A stretch of 64,000 nucleotides of DNA from Trichinella spiralis (lineage: Eukaryota), in contig NW_003526946.1 in the NCBI RefSeq assembly GCF_000181795.1, forward strand, positions 677,351-741,350, read 5' to 3'. Under the pieces are notes generated by a model. It saw only the letters and a program-made list of their open reading frames with translations, searched no databases and was not told the origin of the DNA. Shown here in pieces: positions 11,601 through 26,614 of the stretch (positions are counted from its first letter, which is position 1; each line of letters starts with the position of its first letter). A program made the position numbers and the translations under genes.

Positions 11601-14600
11601 CTCTTTCGTATGTAGTAGACGACGGCAAGGCAGCCATTGGGGTTTTTTTCAGCTGAACGTTTTCCACAACCGCCGTTCCACTACTACTACTGTTACTGGC
11701 GGTGGATGCTGGTGGGGGCACTGGTCGAATTGGTATGCACAGTTTGCCAGCGTGCAACTGAATCAACGCCCCTCTGGGCATGAGAATGTTCTGGTTCGGA
11801 ACAGAGCAGCGAATGTTCACTTTCGCTCCGGCGCCTACCCGTAATGAAGATGCGGTGGACAGGGCCGAAGACTGCCCCGAGAACGATGTCGGATTCGAAC
11901 CAGGCAAACGGACGTGAATCATGCCTGTCGTAGTTCTGCCGGACGCTTCCACAGCTCCTGCAGTCTGAAGTCTGTAATCAAGGAACGCTCTGGCTGAAAG
12001 CGGCTTTGTCGGTGAGCCGCCGTTCGGCCTCACCATCTGCTGCAGAAACGACTGACGACATGCCATCGGCGGACGACTGGTAGTACCAAGCCGCGGTCTG
12101 AGGGCGCCGCCGTGGTAACTTTGAACAGTGGCCGGCGATCGGCACTGCTGGCTTGCTGCAGGCGTCGCGGCTACAGCGGGCGCCCTAGTCGCGACTGCAC
12201 CAAACGACGGTCTCACCAGACGAACCAACGATGGGCCAGCTGCGCATGGGCCACGACTGGCCAATGCAGGACGCGGCATGCGGCTAGTGGTCGCCGTGTA
12301 GATCGGTCGCAGTACCCTGGTCGTCCCCACCCGACCGCCGGAAGCGTTCACGCCGCCAATCGGATTCAAACGCCAATAAATCACTTTCGGCTTTTCTTCA
12401 CTTTTCACTGATGACCCTGCTCCCTTGGGCGACACGTCCACAGAAGCAGGTCTGCTAACAACAACACCATTCGACGTTGAGCAACGTTTCTTCAGTGGAA
12501 TTACCGCTGTCAATTTCTGATCTGAAGAATCTTTCATGTTGGAATCTAATTGAAAAAATTAATAATAATTTTATTATAAACAAATATTTATTTAATTTAG
12601 AACTGCTGAATATATATCTGAGAAGTGGAATTGTAATTTGAGAAAATCTTACTTTCTTTCACAACTGCTCTGCTATTGTCCAACAGAGCTGTGGTGTTTC
12701 TGTTATCCAGGAAAAGCTACATAAAAAAAACAGAAAAATAATTGTTAAAATTAAAAAGTACATACGCATCCTTACCGATTTGAAGTTAAACAAACCGACC
12801 GGCAGTTCTGAAATTTGTGGCAAACTTTCGATTTTACAAGGCTGTTCGAACTTTGTAGAAAAAAGTTTTCCACTGCAATTGCACGCAAAACCGCTTGAAA
12901 ATTCTTGCTGCAACACGTTCAACCTCAGCGGCAGAATCTGGAAAAATAAATTATATTAAATATTAAACATGCAAATAGAATTAATCAAATTATCATTATT
13001 ATTTTTTCAGAACCTCCAAATTGCATTTGCTAGGCAAATCGCAAACAAGAGACGGTGGTCGATAAATGATCGGATCCAAAACCAACGGTGACATGACTGG
13101 CCTTTGTTCAAACAAATTTGGATGATTGCACACTTTTCGGAGTTGCATCAGCACACTGATTATGTTGAAAATACTACCAGTAGCAAGCTGTGCTTTGGTA
13201 CTAAAACAACAACAACAACAACAATAAAATTTTTATAAAAGAAAAAATTACTGCAAAACTGAAAATCTGTTCATAAGTGTTGTTTCTGGATTTATGAATA
13301 AATTTACAAATAAAAAAATTTTTACTTGGATCGACTCATAAATTCATCGTAAAGATAACGCTGCCTCTTTGACAAACTGCATTTTATTAAGTGCTCGTAT
13401 TTCTTCGGAAGTTGCGTCTCCACTTCAGATTTCAACCGACGAAGCAAAAATGGGCGAAGTACCTGAATAAAAAAGGTTTTTTTTTCGCTCATTAAATATG
13501 GTAAAAATCCAATCAAAAATAAACAACTTACATGATGCAAACGCTTAATCACTTGGTCGTTGAACTCCATCGTCCCTTCTACCATTCCCGTAAGCGGATT
13601 GGAAAACCATTCGCGAAAATCTTTGTCAGAACAGAATATATCCGGCATTAGGAAATGCATCAAAGACCACAGTTCCATAACAGAATTTTGTAGAGGGGTG
13701 CCTGTCAGTAACAAACGACGTCTTGCTCGAAAATGCAGTAGCATTTGCCATCTTTCAGATTTATAGTTTTTGATATGTTGAGCCTAAACATTCGTCGTAT
13801 GAGAATAAAATTAAATAAATATACAAGTGAATAAATAATCAATCAAACGGCAGAGCTAATAAATTTCACCTCGTCCAATATCATGTACTGCCATGCTTTT
13901 CGTCGAAAAGTGCTGTAATCTCGAATAACCAATTTGTAAGATGTAATGCAAACGTGAAAAGCATTAGGACGATTCCAGCCCTAGAAAATATTTAATAATA
14001 ATTAACTCAACGGTCAATTTCCTATTCAATTTTTTTTTACTTTTCTTTTCTCCTTCCTTTCTTTCGTAGAGCCATAATAAGTGAATATTTTAAATGCGGG
14101 ACACCATTTTTTAAACTCCATCTCCCAGTTCAGTATCACTGTAGTGGGAACAATAATCAAATGTGGACCCCAGATATTATTCTGACAAGCATGATGAGCA
14201 AGCAAAGCGATTGTCTGGATTGTTTTGCCCAAACCCATTTCATCGGCCAGAATTCCATTCAATCCCCTACTATCCAACATTACCAACCAATCCAGTCCAA
14301 CGTGTTGGTATTCTCTGAGAGAAAATTTAAGTAAAAATGGAATTCGAGTATTCACCTGAAAAATTAAAAATTAAGAGAAAAAAAAATATGTACATAACTA
14401 AATAAATAACTAACGGTTGTCGTTTCTAAGGTGTAGCCTTTCGGTTGCAATCGTTCGACTTCTTCTGCAATATGCGCCAGACCTTCCCGCCTTTCTTCAA
14501 CATTTTCAGACTGCAGCAAAAATTTTTTGAAAATAAAATAAAATAAAATAATAATCAAAATCAGCTAAGCCAACCTGAAGCTTCTGATAATTGATCCAAC

Positions 14601-17600
14601 TGGAAGTTTCGTTTGATTGCTACAAGCAGAAATAATAATCAATAAAAAACTGAATTGAAAAAAAAAACGCATCATTATTTATTTATGCATCAAAACATAC
14701 TGTATAATCGTCAAGTTCAGTTACAGTTTCTTCTTCATCAGCTGTAAATGGTGATGTTGACGATTCCGCCTTTTCTTCTTCTACTTGCTTTTTCTGAAAA
14801 AAAGATTTTTAAAAATAGACTATAATAATAGATTGATTTTATACATTGATAAATGAACGCAAAAATACATTATACAAATTATAGGACTGAATTTAAAAAA
14901 AAAGGGAACATCACTTACAGAAGATGTTGAAACGTTTCTATCCGTATCATAAATATTTCCAGCTGCATTCGATTCGCCTGCTGCTTTATTGCCATCCAAT
15001 TCTGATTGTTCTTCTAGCAGTGTTTTAACTTTGCCAACCCTCGGTTCTGTGACTTTTTCTAATTTTATTTCAACATTAAATATAATTTTAAAAAAATTCA
15101 TAATTTAAAATAAAAATACTTGAAATAGAATTTTCTTTTGTCTCCGTTGACAATTTCAATGCAGCATTATTGGTCTGAAATTTAAATTAAAAAGTTCTCA
15201 TGATAACGAAAATTCGACTCGAATTCATCATTCGTTCGCTTGATGACAAAAACATTACTTCCGTCCACGAAGAAGTTTCTGGGACTCCTACAACTTCGGT
15301 CGTATTTTCCACGCTATCCGCATCATCGTCAACATCACTGTCGTTCGACTCCTTATCAGACGATGCACTCGAACTGATACCACCCATATCTGCAACATCA
15401 ACAACAATAATTATATTATTATTATTAACCAGCATTATATAATATTAACAACAACATTTATATGTGTTGGTAGTGTTGAGTCGCGTTCCCAAATTGCTGT
15501 TCCAATTCGATCCATCCTTGAACTTTTCCGATCGGTCGAGTAGAATGTTCAGATGTGTACCCATAGCGCGTTCACGTTTCGATTTTACGATACGTTCGTT
15601 TTTGTACTCGGCAACCGAAAATAATAATAATACAATCATATTCATATATGGGCCTGAAAAATTATTTCCAATTCAAGCTTTTTTTCCCCTACTTGGTCGA
15701 CTTTGTTCCAAAATTCACGAACATGTTTAGAAAGCAATGAAGCAACACGTTTGACATGCTTTTCTGCTTCAGTATTTTGTCGAAGTTCACCTTCTTCCCT
15801 TTCTCGGTATGCTTTTGCAACAGAAGCAGAAATCTTAACCAAACAAACAAACAAAACACCAATAAATAAGTCAATTGCATCAAATATACATTTCAACCGA
15901 ATACCCACCCTTTTGCAGCAAGCTCGTTTCAATTTGCGTTCGCCGTCAAAATCACGAGCCATCCAGCTAAGCTCATCCATCAAATTATCCGAATGCACTT
16001 TAAGCCGGGGAGGTTCTGCGCATTTCGGCAACGAGGAGGCGGTCCACAAACCTTCACGCCTCAATTGACTTACCCGCTTCAATACTACAGCTTCCTTAAA
16101 CAAAAAAAAATATATTTCCCTCTTTTAAACACACACCCACAAACATTACTGTACAACAACTTGTAAAATAAAAGCATTACTTGTCGAGCTGCCTGTTCGA
16201 GATCAAAAGAGGTAATACGACATTGCAATTGTGTTGAAGCAGCCGACTGCCTTGAATTTTCTGCACCTGGATCATTGGCATCTTTTTTCAATTCCTCCTA
16301 AATATTTTTTGATAATAATATACAACAACAACTGCAACATAACTATATTTTTAAAATTCATTTATAAAAAGTAATAAAGTATAGTTCGCTCTGTTAAGTG
16401 CAATGAACACAATTATAGCAAATGCTAGCTTTTATAAGAAACTTAAAAATTTTTATTTGAAACATCAAAATTTATAACTTTTCAAAATGAAAAAATATTC
16501 AATAAAATTTTTCCCGTTACATTGTAATCAATCATACACAATGATACAAAATGCTCATAAGTTTGTTTGAATGTTGTAACTTTGTTTACCACGGATGATT
16601 TGAAAAAAAATTAAAGCTTGAATTAAACTAAAAATAAAACGAAAAACAAACAAAATACTAGTTATGACGTCCAATTTTTCTAAACATCACCTTCAAAATC
16701 AACACATTTTTTTTTAATTTCAGCACAAAAAATTCAGCTTATAATTCAACTAACAGGTCTGTCACTGCAAGTCAAAAATGAAAAGAAGTTAGTTTTGGAA
16801 ACTGAAAATTTTTTAAACTGATAACAAAACGCAAAATTAACATTAATGAGCATTTATGCATTCATGCAAAATTAAAATTTCATTACTTAATATTATTATA
16901 CTGATGTACTATTTACCAAAATAATTAAATTAAAAACTTTCGTCACAAAAAATAAAAAGCAAACAGCAAATCAAAAAAAATTTTATTATGTCATTACACT
17001 GCATTTTGCGTTTGCATTAGTTAATCTTTTGTAACATTTTCTAATAGTGATATGCTTAAAACGTTTTACGTTTTGCACAGGTTACGTTAAATTGCAATTG
17101 CCTCCAAAAGCAAGTGAAATTCAAGAAAACACTGAACTAGTGTATACTTAATTAACATATTACATAATTAGTAATGCAACGGTATTTCGATATAATATGT
17201 AATTTACACCGAAAAATAATAGCATTTTGTAATAAAAATACATTTCAAAGCAATTTCTTCAACTACCACCAAAAAAATGAAAAAAAAAATTAATGTCATA
17301 CTTTTCGTTACAAAATAAGTTTTAAATTCATATTTAAATTAAATACCAAAAGAAGATTTAAAACTTATAAAATTGCTACTTAAATAATTGAAACTGGAAA
17401 ATAAATTCACAAAAAACTACTTACTGTATCTTGATCAGAAATAGCGAGCAGTGCGGTAGGAATGGAATGATTTTGAATCTCTTCGTGGTTCTCGACTGCG
17501 TTGTTGCTTGCATGCTGCAATTCGGCACTGTGAGTTTTCGGGTGCGACTTTAGACCACCGCGGGTAGCTCTCTTAAACCATAACAATTTACAAGCAGAAA

Positions 17601-17862
17601 ACAACCTTCAACTGTACCTTTATTGAATTTGTTGCAGCGGTTTCGAATTCGTTGCGCAATGACTCGCTTTTAATGAGGCAGTGAAAAACTTTGGGAAAAC
17701 AATGCTTTTCATTACTAATTTCCAATTTCCTTTGAGCAAAACTTTTATCAAAGTTAGAAACCGTCTAAAATAACAAATCTGAAATTAACTTATCTACAGA
17801 GATTTACTTTCTACCTGTGGCCGCTGAAAACAGATAGTCCGATTCCTTCTCGTGGAGGCCAT
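3854..17862 (-). CDS. ssl-1: Domino/p400/SRCAP SWR1-family SNF2 chromatin remodeler, multi-exon (long isoform)
   Basis: HSA region (GLWTASSLPKCAEPPRLKVHSDNLMDELSWMARDF, about 15700-16080). Split ATPase: LREYQ, GILADEMGLGKT, DE|AQH, LLTGTPLQN, then a long insertion, then DCGKLQ...LIFTQM...STRSGGVG...DWNPTMDAQAQDRCHRIGQ. p400-type MPIWTPLSPP, a SANT-like segment (LNWEYVSDFV...SPRQCCLRY) and a polyQ tail ending QQHQ* at 3854. The 5' exons (ATG 17862, MASTRRNR...DQDT|gtaagt, phase 0 into 16298) are inferred; an alternative short first exon MIDYN at 16535 is possible. Confidence 0.92.
5151..5225 (-). repeat. (CAA/CAG)n coding microsatellite encoding a polyglutamine tract in the Domino C-terminus
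   Basis: (TGT)n/(TGC)n run on the + strand, translated as [25 protein letters not shown] in ORF 4743..5510(-). Confidence 0.9.
8074..8183 (-). other. Predicted multi-branch RNA structure in the long Domino intron (function unknown)
   Basis: Perfect pairings: GCCTTGCTCTTG 8074-8085 with CAAGAGCAAGGC 8172-8183; CAGGGC 8086-8091 with GCCCTG 8164-8169; TTTCGGC 8095-8101 with GCCGAAA 8133-8139; CCTTG 8109-8113 with CAAGG 8117-8121. Confidence 0.6.
8625..8670. repeat. (AAT)n microsatellite directly after the read-through stop in the long Domino intron
   Basis: About 15 perfect AAT units. Confidence 0.95.
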
Positions 17863-20132
17863 TTATACCAAATGTAATTCAAAGCAATATTGATAAACAC
17901 TTAATTACAAACGCACAACAATAGCCAAACATCAAAAAAGCCTCCAATGAAACGTTATCATCATTATGGACATTTTTCACGCGTGGAAGTATACGTTATT
18001 CATAAAAAACTACAATTTTCAACAAGTCATATTAAAAGTATTTTAATATATTCGCAAAAATACATCAAAATCGTGGAATTTTATTAAAATAAAATAAGTA
18101 ATTTAAGAATTAGATTACAGTAAAAATAGACGAAGTAATCAAGTTCAAGCAAAATATGCAACTTATTTCTTTGAAAAGTTTATTTTAATAAAATCATTTG
18201 GCGTAATAAATTTGATTTTAATTTCAATAATTTAAAGTACTATAAAAAATAATCGCATTATAATAGGCTTTCTTACAATTTTCTTGAATTATTATTGGAG
18301 AACAATTAAACAATGAATCTGCATACTGTAACAAAATGGAAGTTATTTCCTTTCATACTAATATTGAAGTACATTAAATATAAACTAAAAGTTATATATA
18401 AGTATAATTTTTGTTTTAAATTTAAAAAAAATAAAATTTTTATTTTTATTGTACTCTGTCAAGTAACATTAAGAAAACTTTAGCTATGCATTATGTCACT
18501 GTTGCTGACCTTTCAAAGGTCACAATAATATTACAATAGTATGAAGGTATTGATAATGTTATTATTCTTATTTTAATCGTAAATCAACAATTTTAAAAGA
18601 AAAGTTGCTATATATTTGCTGTTTTTATGTCAATTTCAATTTGCTACACAATGTTTAAAATTGTTCTGCAATTATGACATTTTGGAGCATACTAAATTAA
18701 AGTTAAAAGTGAAAGATTCATAAATGTACCTTCGGTCATTATTCATTTCATTTTCTGATTAATACATTTCGATAATCATGAAATTATTACTGTTTTCATC
18801 ATTGAAAAATACAGAAAATTTTTGCATATGATTGACATTTTGTAAAATTAAATTATTCTCAATTTGTTGTTTACTTTTGTAGCTATCTAAGAAGCGAGAT
18901 TTGCATTTTTCTGCAGGTGAAATGTTTTGCATGTAGACTAAAAACGTTAAAAAATTTTCATTATTGTTTATTGTTGTGATAAAACATTACTAAGATAAAA
19001 ATTTTATTCAAAAATTATATCTCAAAATTATGTAAATTTACTGTTTACTCATTTTACTTTTAACTGCATGGTTTCAAAGTTACTTTTTTCAGATAGTGTT
19101 TGAAGTATTTGAAAAACCTTAAGCTAAATACATTTGTATTTCATTTCAAATTGTAAATTTCTATTTTTAAGAACTTATTCATTTTCATTCTTTTAGCATT
19201 GATAAATCGGTTAGGCACGTTGAGTGCAAACAATAGTAGGTGCCACTGCATAGGAATTTTAAGCAGTTGCTATCTTCCGTTCGACAATATACGAATGGGA
19301 TGCATTTCCCATTCATTATTGTAATCTTCAGATTTTACATTCTTTACTTTTTCATGAAGTCTATTTCTGGTCATCAACGTGCATCAATCAAATTTATTAG
19401 GGCATTGCTTAAACGTATAAGATGCTGTCAAATATTTCTGATTATTATTGTCATCATCCAGGAACCGTTTTTAACAATAGTGTTAAGCAATATTTATAAA
19501 AAAGTATGCAATTAATTAAAAAATTACAATGTCGTCATTATTTTCATTCGCAAGCATTACTAAGTATATTCATCTCACTCCATGAATGTATAATATAAAA
19601 TGAAGAAAATTATTCTTAACATTTGCATTTGAAGTCATAAATATTATTAATATGCAAATTAATATAAATTTGCATGATAATAAATATGAAACCAATTAAT
19701 TGCATGATCAGAAAATTTTCAGTAGATATTTTGCAAAATTTGGTTACCGTCAACTTGTCAGCTAAATTACAAATTGTTTAAAATACAAAACATCAGTTTA
19801 AAATATATTCTTGTCTAAAATATATTCTTAAAATATATTCAGTCTTTTATTTTTCGAAGAATTTTGTTGCTTCTAGCAAAGTTGTAATTTTAATTTACTG
19901 CAAATAATTTAAAAATATATTCATAACCTATTATGATAAAAATTTTCTTAAAAGTGCATATTTTATAAAACTGTAATTTAAAAATAAAATATCATTTTGC
20001 TGACAATTTTTCATGCCAACAGTTGAAAGTTTGACATTGATACAGATAGGTATACTGGTATATAACTGTAGATAGGTATATAACTGTTAGACTGTAATGT
20101 TTGAAATAAAAACGTTAAGATAGTTCCAGTCA

Positions 20133-22620
20133 TTAAAAATCTAGTGGTTCCAGCTCTTCATCAGGTATGTTCACACCAGGTTCATCTTCGTCATTAACAA
20201 TATCTTTTGACTAAAAAATCAATGAAATTTCAAAAAAAAACTTCCTTTCACTGCACTTACCGGTATCCATGCAGAAATGATGCCTCTGTCATTTGAACAA
20301 CCAAGAAACCAAGTAAGATGAGAATTCCAGTCAAAGTCCAAAATGTTGTTTTTATATCCAGAATGAACAAACTATTTATAATAAAGCAATAATCTTATCA
20401 TGAAATATAGAAAAAAAGAATTTTTTAATGCACTAAACTAACCAATGATTCAGGTATAGCATCTTTATCCCAATAATCATTGCAGTCATCCGCAACAATT
20501 TCCTGACCAATCGCACTAAATAACAGTCATTCATTCTACAGGTGCAATTCTTGTGATAACTATTCATCATACTTGACGTCATATATGACAAGTCCATCTT
20601 TTTGGAAAGCACATCCAAGCATCACTTCGTTTCGTGGAGACCACATAAGCTGTAGAATTGTAGAAACTCAATATAAATTTCATTTTTTATTTTCGAATGC
20701 TTTACCGCAGAATTTTTGCAAAAACGGCATTATTTTTATAATTTTTATTATGATAAAGAATATTATTATTGCCTATGTTTAAAAATATTAAAAGTAATGC
20801 ACAATAGCATACCTTCTTTGGGACATTTCCAGGAAAATAAATATGCAACGGTCGGCCAGTTTTCCTCAAATCCCATAATTTAACTGTCTAAAACGTTTCA
20901 GTTAATGTACTAAATGAAGAAAATATTACAAAATTAATGACAAAATATAATAAATAAGAAGGCACACTTTTTAATGTAGAAACACGAAAAAGAAGAAAAG
21001 AATAAAAAAGATAAGAAAGGAGAAACTTTTCAATATCTGTAATTGAATACTTTGTCACCAGAGGCAGATGCTAATATATTTTCGTTGAAGCAGTTGAAAG
21101 AAAAGGATGAAACTTCATTGCCAACATGGGTGGAAAAATTATGCACTAGAAATTCGGAAGCTTTGATTCGACGATCCCAGCTACAATGAACATTTTTATT
21201 AAAAATAAAAATTTTACTTCTTAAATTTGATAAATAGAAACAAAATCACTAATATATTATAATTTTTCATAACAGAAATGTCAAAATTAGAAATCAAACT
21301 CACATGTTTTAACAATTGTAAAAGAATAATATACTTACATACAAATTTTTCCATTTTTACCGGCACCACCGAAAATGCATTCCATTTTTGGATGCCAGTG
21401 GATTTCATTGATCAAGCAAACTTTGTAATTTTCAATCGACGGCACAGCTGAGTCATTTTTAGCCCCATTCTCAATATCGTATACACTAATTGAACCATTT
21501 GAAAAAACCGTAATTAATAAACCAGCTTTAATCTTATTCCAAGAGAATGACTTCCCACCACTTCCTGCAGGAATGGCACTTTGTAATTTTGAAACTTCTC
21601 CATTAGCTAAAAGCAGCGTTTTTTGGATATTTGTTACATTAACTAAAAAATTAGTGCACAATGCATAATATTTTTTGACAAATATTCATAAATAAATAAT
21701 TTTTAAAAATTGCATATGATGAAGAAAAATGTTTCGAAAGCTAAGAATCCATTTATATACACAAATATTTAATTCAATCATATTTGTTCGAATAATTTAT
21801 TTCAATAAAAATTCCATAGTTTAGAATAAATATCAAATCACATTTATACACTTAATTACCGCAAAATTGCATAAGTTTCAAAGAAAAAGTTTATGCAAAA
21901 AATTTCAATGCTATTATAGCAAATCCAAATTTAAAATATGATCCAATGATTGAACTTTTCTTTTATCTCCATTTAAATTGCTTATGAATTGCAACTGTGA
22001 AATAAAATTTTATAATGATATAAAAATATTTTTTAAAAAATCGATTGCATAGTAATAGTTGGAGTTCATTTGTGAAAAGTTTACCTTGATCACTTTCATT
22101 CAGTCGAAGAATAGCATCAAATAAATTTGTTCCTAGGGCAAGTATACGAGCATCTTGAGGCATGTACTTCGCAATTTGAACAGCTCGTTGGAAACGAATG
22201 TCACACTTTTTCTTAAATTGCAGTTTCTTCCCATCATTAGCATTTTCATTTAAAATAATTCGTGTGAATCTCAAAATGTGATTCTTGCCAACAGTAGTTG
22301 CAACGAGGCATTCGTGTGAGCTGCCTTCTTGGACTTGCCTAAAAGTCAAAAGAAAAACGAGCATAACAAATGGCACAAATTATTCATGCATACTCTATTG
22401 GGCCAGTACTCCATTGAAATACTGCACTCGGTAATAGCAATGGCATTTCAACAATCTAAACTGTTATTATAAAATTTGTGAAATATTTATTAATTTATAT
22501 CACAGCATGATATATAATAGGAACATTGCTTTTCCAACGTGACTTTTTGTACAAACGTATAACTTCGTCTTTAATCTCTTTATCAGGTTTTATATAATAA
22601 ACTCGCTTTCTCTCACTCAT
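20133..22620 (-). CDS. Divergent RBBP4/7 (CAF-1 p55/RbAp48)-like WD40 protein, paralogue 1
   Basis: N-terminal WKSNVPIIYHA-IVEMPLLLPSAVFQW resembles [26 protein letters not shown]. Further matches: INEIHWHP, SASGDKTVKLWDLRK, LMWSPRNEVML, FVHSGYKNNILDFDWN, and a C-terminal DIVNDEDEPGVNIPDEELE typical of RBBP4. Confidence 0.85.
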
Positions 22621-25600
22621 ACTTTAAACAAGTCTAAAAAAATAATTTTTAATCAAAAAACCAAATTTAATACGAATGTTTTACTGCATGTCAAATTTCG
22701 AAAACTCTCTAAATAGAATCTTTACCAACAAAAATAATTACTGTAGATCTTTGAAGTTCCTAGAAATAAGCAAGAAACAATTTTCACCATTTAACATTTT
22801 GAGCATTGAAAAGTAGATCATTTCACATTATCTGATTGAAATAATTGAAATTGAATTTACAGAATACGACATGATAAAATAGAAAATTTTACTGTAATTA
22901 ATATTTTGAATCATATTTATTCCATCTCATAAAAAAGTTTACATCTTGTCATTTACATTAATTTGGTCATTTTTTTGCAGCAAAATAGTTTTAAAATAAA
23001 AATTTGATTGCATATTGCATTTGAAATACTCAAAAAACAAACAAACAAAAGTATTACCCTCAAGCAAATTATATTCTAAACAGTTGTTCAAAACGATATT
23101 TCATTCAGTGAAGTGATAAAAGATTAATATGCAATTATTAAATTTTAAATTTACCATCATTACATATTATTTAAAAAATTAGCCTATTAACTGCATATCA
23201 GCAGCGCTGTTTTACAGCAGAATTGAATTATCAAACTTTGTTAAAAGCAACTTAATAATAAAAATGATGCAGTTAAATTTACAGCATTTTCCAATAATAA
23301 ATAAATTTATTAAGATAAACGTTTTAAAAATATTTAAAGGTGCATACATATTTTTCAATTTGTCGTAAACTATGTTATTTATATTCGTGAACTTCTGGCA
23401 CCATTTTATATAAGAGGATTTTCTACATCTGTTCACTAAATCAGCTTTCTTCAGCTCATTGCTTTCAAAAATAAAAAACCTTTTCAATTTTTAGTTTTTA
23501 TTTTTAGCTGTTTTGAAAAATTATTGTTTCATTTTGCCAAAAGATAAAATAAGCTTGACAGTTGTTTTCAAAGGAATACATGATTTATGTAACATTTCTT
23601 TGTTGAAAATTATCTTCACTTTGAACAATCGTAGAGATCAATATTTCATTTTACCACATGTTGTTTTACTACAAGTAACTGCCAATATTTGAAAAGCAAA
23701 ATGTAAAATTGAAAGGACTCTTGCTTTTTCTCTGCTCGGTGTCATCAGTGCTTAGTCATCTATTAACGTATTTGTGCAAGTTTAAACAAATTTTTAAAGT
23801 TGCAAATAGCAAATGAGAAATTCTATTTCTGTAGTAAAAATTATTATTTGATGAATTCTAAAGATTAGTATTATGAAAGATGTTGAAAACGTGGCGTGGT
23901 GTAAAATTTGTACAATTTTTGCCAGCAAAGCACACTTCAACTTTAAATAACAGGAAAGCTGTATAAGAATCGTAAATCAAAAAACTGATTAATTTTATAA
24001 CAGTATATAAGAAATTAATTACTTGCAAAGAATATTTATAAGCAATAGTTATGATTTATAATAATGCAAATCATTCATGCATAATGAATAATACGGAACT
24101 GCTGAAGACATGCATGTCGTTATTCTCTTACTCACAATCTGCCCAGCATTAAATTGAAGATTAATAATAATAAAAGTGACGTTTCAGCAAGTTTTGACTG
24201 CCACCTATAGAAATAAATGAGCATTTGATAATTTCAATTGCATTTTCAAAGCATAGTATGGTCCAATTATGAAACCGTTGGCAACAATTTAAAACCTTGA
24301 CAAAAATATTTGAAAATTGATAATTTTTTTCATTACAATCGTTTGACAGTTAAATAAGATTTTATTTTTTATTTCCAATATTTGCAACATTTTGAAAATG
24401 GAAAATTATTTTTAACCATTTTTCAAAATAAATGATAACATCAAAACGTTCATCATGTTTCACTGGCTGATCAAAATTTGCATTAAATCTATTGCGCGCA
24501 CGTATATTGCACTGCTTGAATGGAATTAAAAAAAAATTTTATTCACTTCTTGCTAGCGCAAATGGCGAAGCAAAATTTTAAAAATTACAACTTAACAAAT
24601 TTGTTCATTAACAAAAATTCCATTGGAATGCATTAACATGAAGTTTTTTATGCAAATGTCCCAATAAAATTTTTAGTAAACTAATTGTGGATAGCAATCT
24701 CTAGTCAATTGTAAAATATTGTAATTTTTTAGTAATAAATGTTAAGCCCGTCTCATCCTTCTCTTTTATTCGCGTTCATGGACAATATAAAAGATTTATT
24801 AGAATAAAATCTGAACAATTATATAACCCAGAGTCAAATAAGCAAAAATTGCATACACACACAATATTACATAATAAGGAGTGCCCTTGAACTTCATTAA
24901 ATTCATTATCTGAGTGCCTCCCGGTTAAAGTTGCTTTTTGTTTCTTGCAAATCACTAATTCATACGATATTGAAGGCGATTCGCATATTTTCTGTGTACA
25001 TTAAAAAAATATCAATGTAGCAATGGCAGGGAACAACTGCTACACTTGGGTTACTAACAGTCAGGTTCCAAGACTGACTGTAGTTCTTCTACCGAATCGC
25101 GGGTCTCACTGAGCTTTAACTTTCTGCACTAAGTGTCAGAATTAGCCGTAGTCAAAAATTTACGATTATCTAAGATTCTCTAGACATACAGAAGTAGACT
25201 ACGAGAATACAACGGATAATGCGTAAGCATGACTAAAGGTCAAAATCCGTTCTTTTTCTCTGTCGGGTCTTCTACTAAAGCAGCACTTCGGCTTCTTCTC
25301 TGAATGTTTTGTCTTGCCCCTTCCAAATCTCGTTCTCGCTTCATTTCTCCAGCAGACTTATATCGGTTGTTCTACCAACAGTCACGTGATCTTCTCTGCC
25401 ATAACACCAGATGTACTTCCTTTGTTTTACGTCTTTTCAGAATACGGCTGTGCCAACAACATGGCTCCAACTCGTGGTTTAGCAAGCATTTGTTTCTCCA
25501 CAACTGTCAGTTGTGATAGACAGCGACGAGGGTTTTCAGCGTCGATCGCCTTTGATGTGCTGCCGCATCTCATAGTTTAGCGAGAGCTTGTTTCTCCACA

Positions 25601-26614
25601 ACTGTCCACAGGAAAAGGTGCTATTCGGGGTGTGGCATCCTGTTGTTGTTCTACCACGCAACTTGGCTGGGGGAAGTTTGCCAACATTTTATTTTTGCCA
25701 ATCAAATATTTCAATGCAAAAACAAGCAAGGAAACTGAATTGATTACAATTATTTGAAAATGAATTTATTTTTGCTTTTCAGTTGCTTTTATTAAAAAAA
25801 CAAGAAGGAATATCCGATTCTGGGTAGAAATGTCAATTTGAGAAATATATTTTGAAGTTGATTCTCAAAACTGCGACTAAATTGAATTCTAATTTTTCTG
25901 AAACTTACAGTATATATATACTGACGTTACTTTTTTATTAAAATAATGCTTCTCATGTCAGTTCCAATAAAGCGAATTTTTCCATTACCATCATGTTGCG
26001 TAGAAATTCAAAAACTAAAAAATTATTATTCATTGGAAAAAAGCTGTCGTATAATCAATCGTAATTTGCAGAACAACTACTTCGGTGTTTTTTTTCATTA
26101 CTTGTTTATGATCTCGATTTTATTTTCCTTTTAAATTTACATACGCTTCTTTTCATCTGAAATTTTGATGATTTTTAAATTATTAAGAAAATTCTTCCTA
26201 TTCATTTCCATTTTCGTCAATGTTTGAAAGTAAAAAAGACAAACATTTAGAATTTTTTTAAAAAACTATACATTAAATAAAAACAAAAATGAAACAATAT
26301 GCACAAATTAGAGGATTTACTGACATACGGATCAACTGATTAAAGATGCACATATATCCCCCCCTCTTATTGCAATCATCTACATCAAACTTATCAAAAG
26401 AGAATTCGACATCCACCAGATATGACGCGCATTTGTTTCGAACTAGTGAGGAAAAGAAAAAAATGAGCAAGTTGAAAATCGCAGACAGAAAATAGCAGTT
26501 GAAATTGTAAACAGTGCAAAAAATGACTGCATCACACGAAATATTTCAACATAGCTCATATCACAAAAATTGTATCACATATGCCCTCATGCATAGTGCA
26601 TCAGAAAAGCTGCA

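Noticed and set aside
11365..12537. 390-aa ORF as a separate gene
   Set aside because: It is the low-complexity insertion exon inside the split SWR1-type ATPase and is flanked by splice sites.
17407..17862. Separate small gene
   Set aside because: It ends in a phase-0 donor with no terminal exon, so it is better explained as the 5' exons of Domino.
19798..20096. Short tandem duplications (AAATATATTC x3; GATAGGTATA/TAACTGT x2)
   Set aside because: Ordinary slippage repeats in AT-rich DNA, with no array structure.
25490..25606. CRISPR-like repeat-spacer
   Set aside because: Only two copies, a eukaryotic context, and no cas genes.
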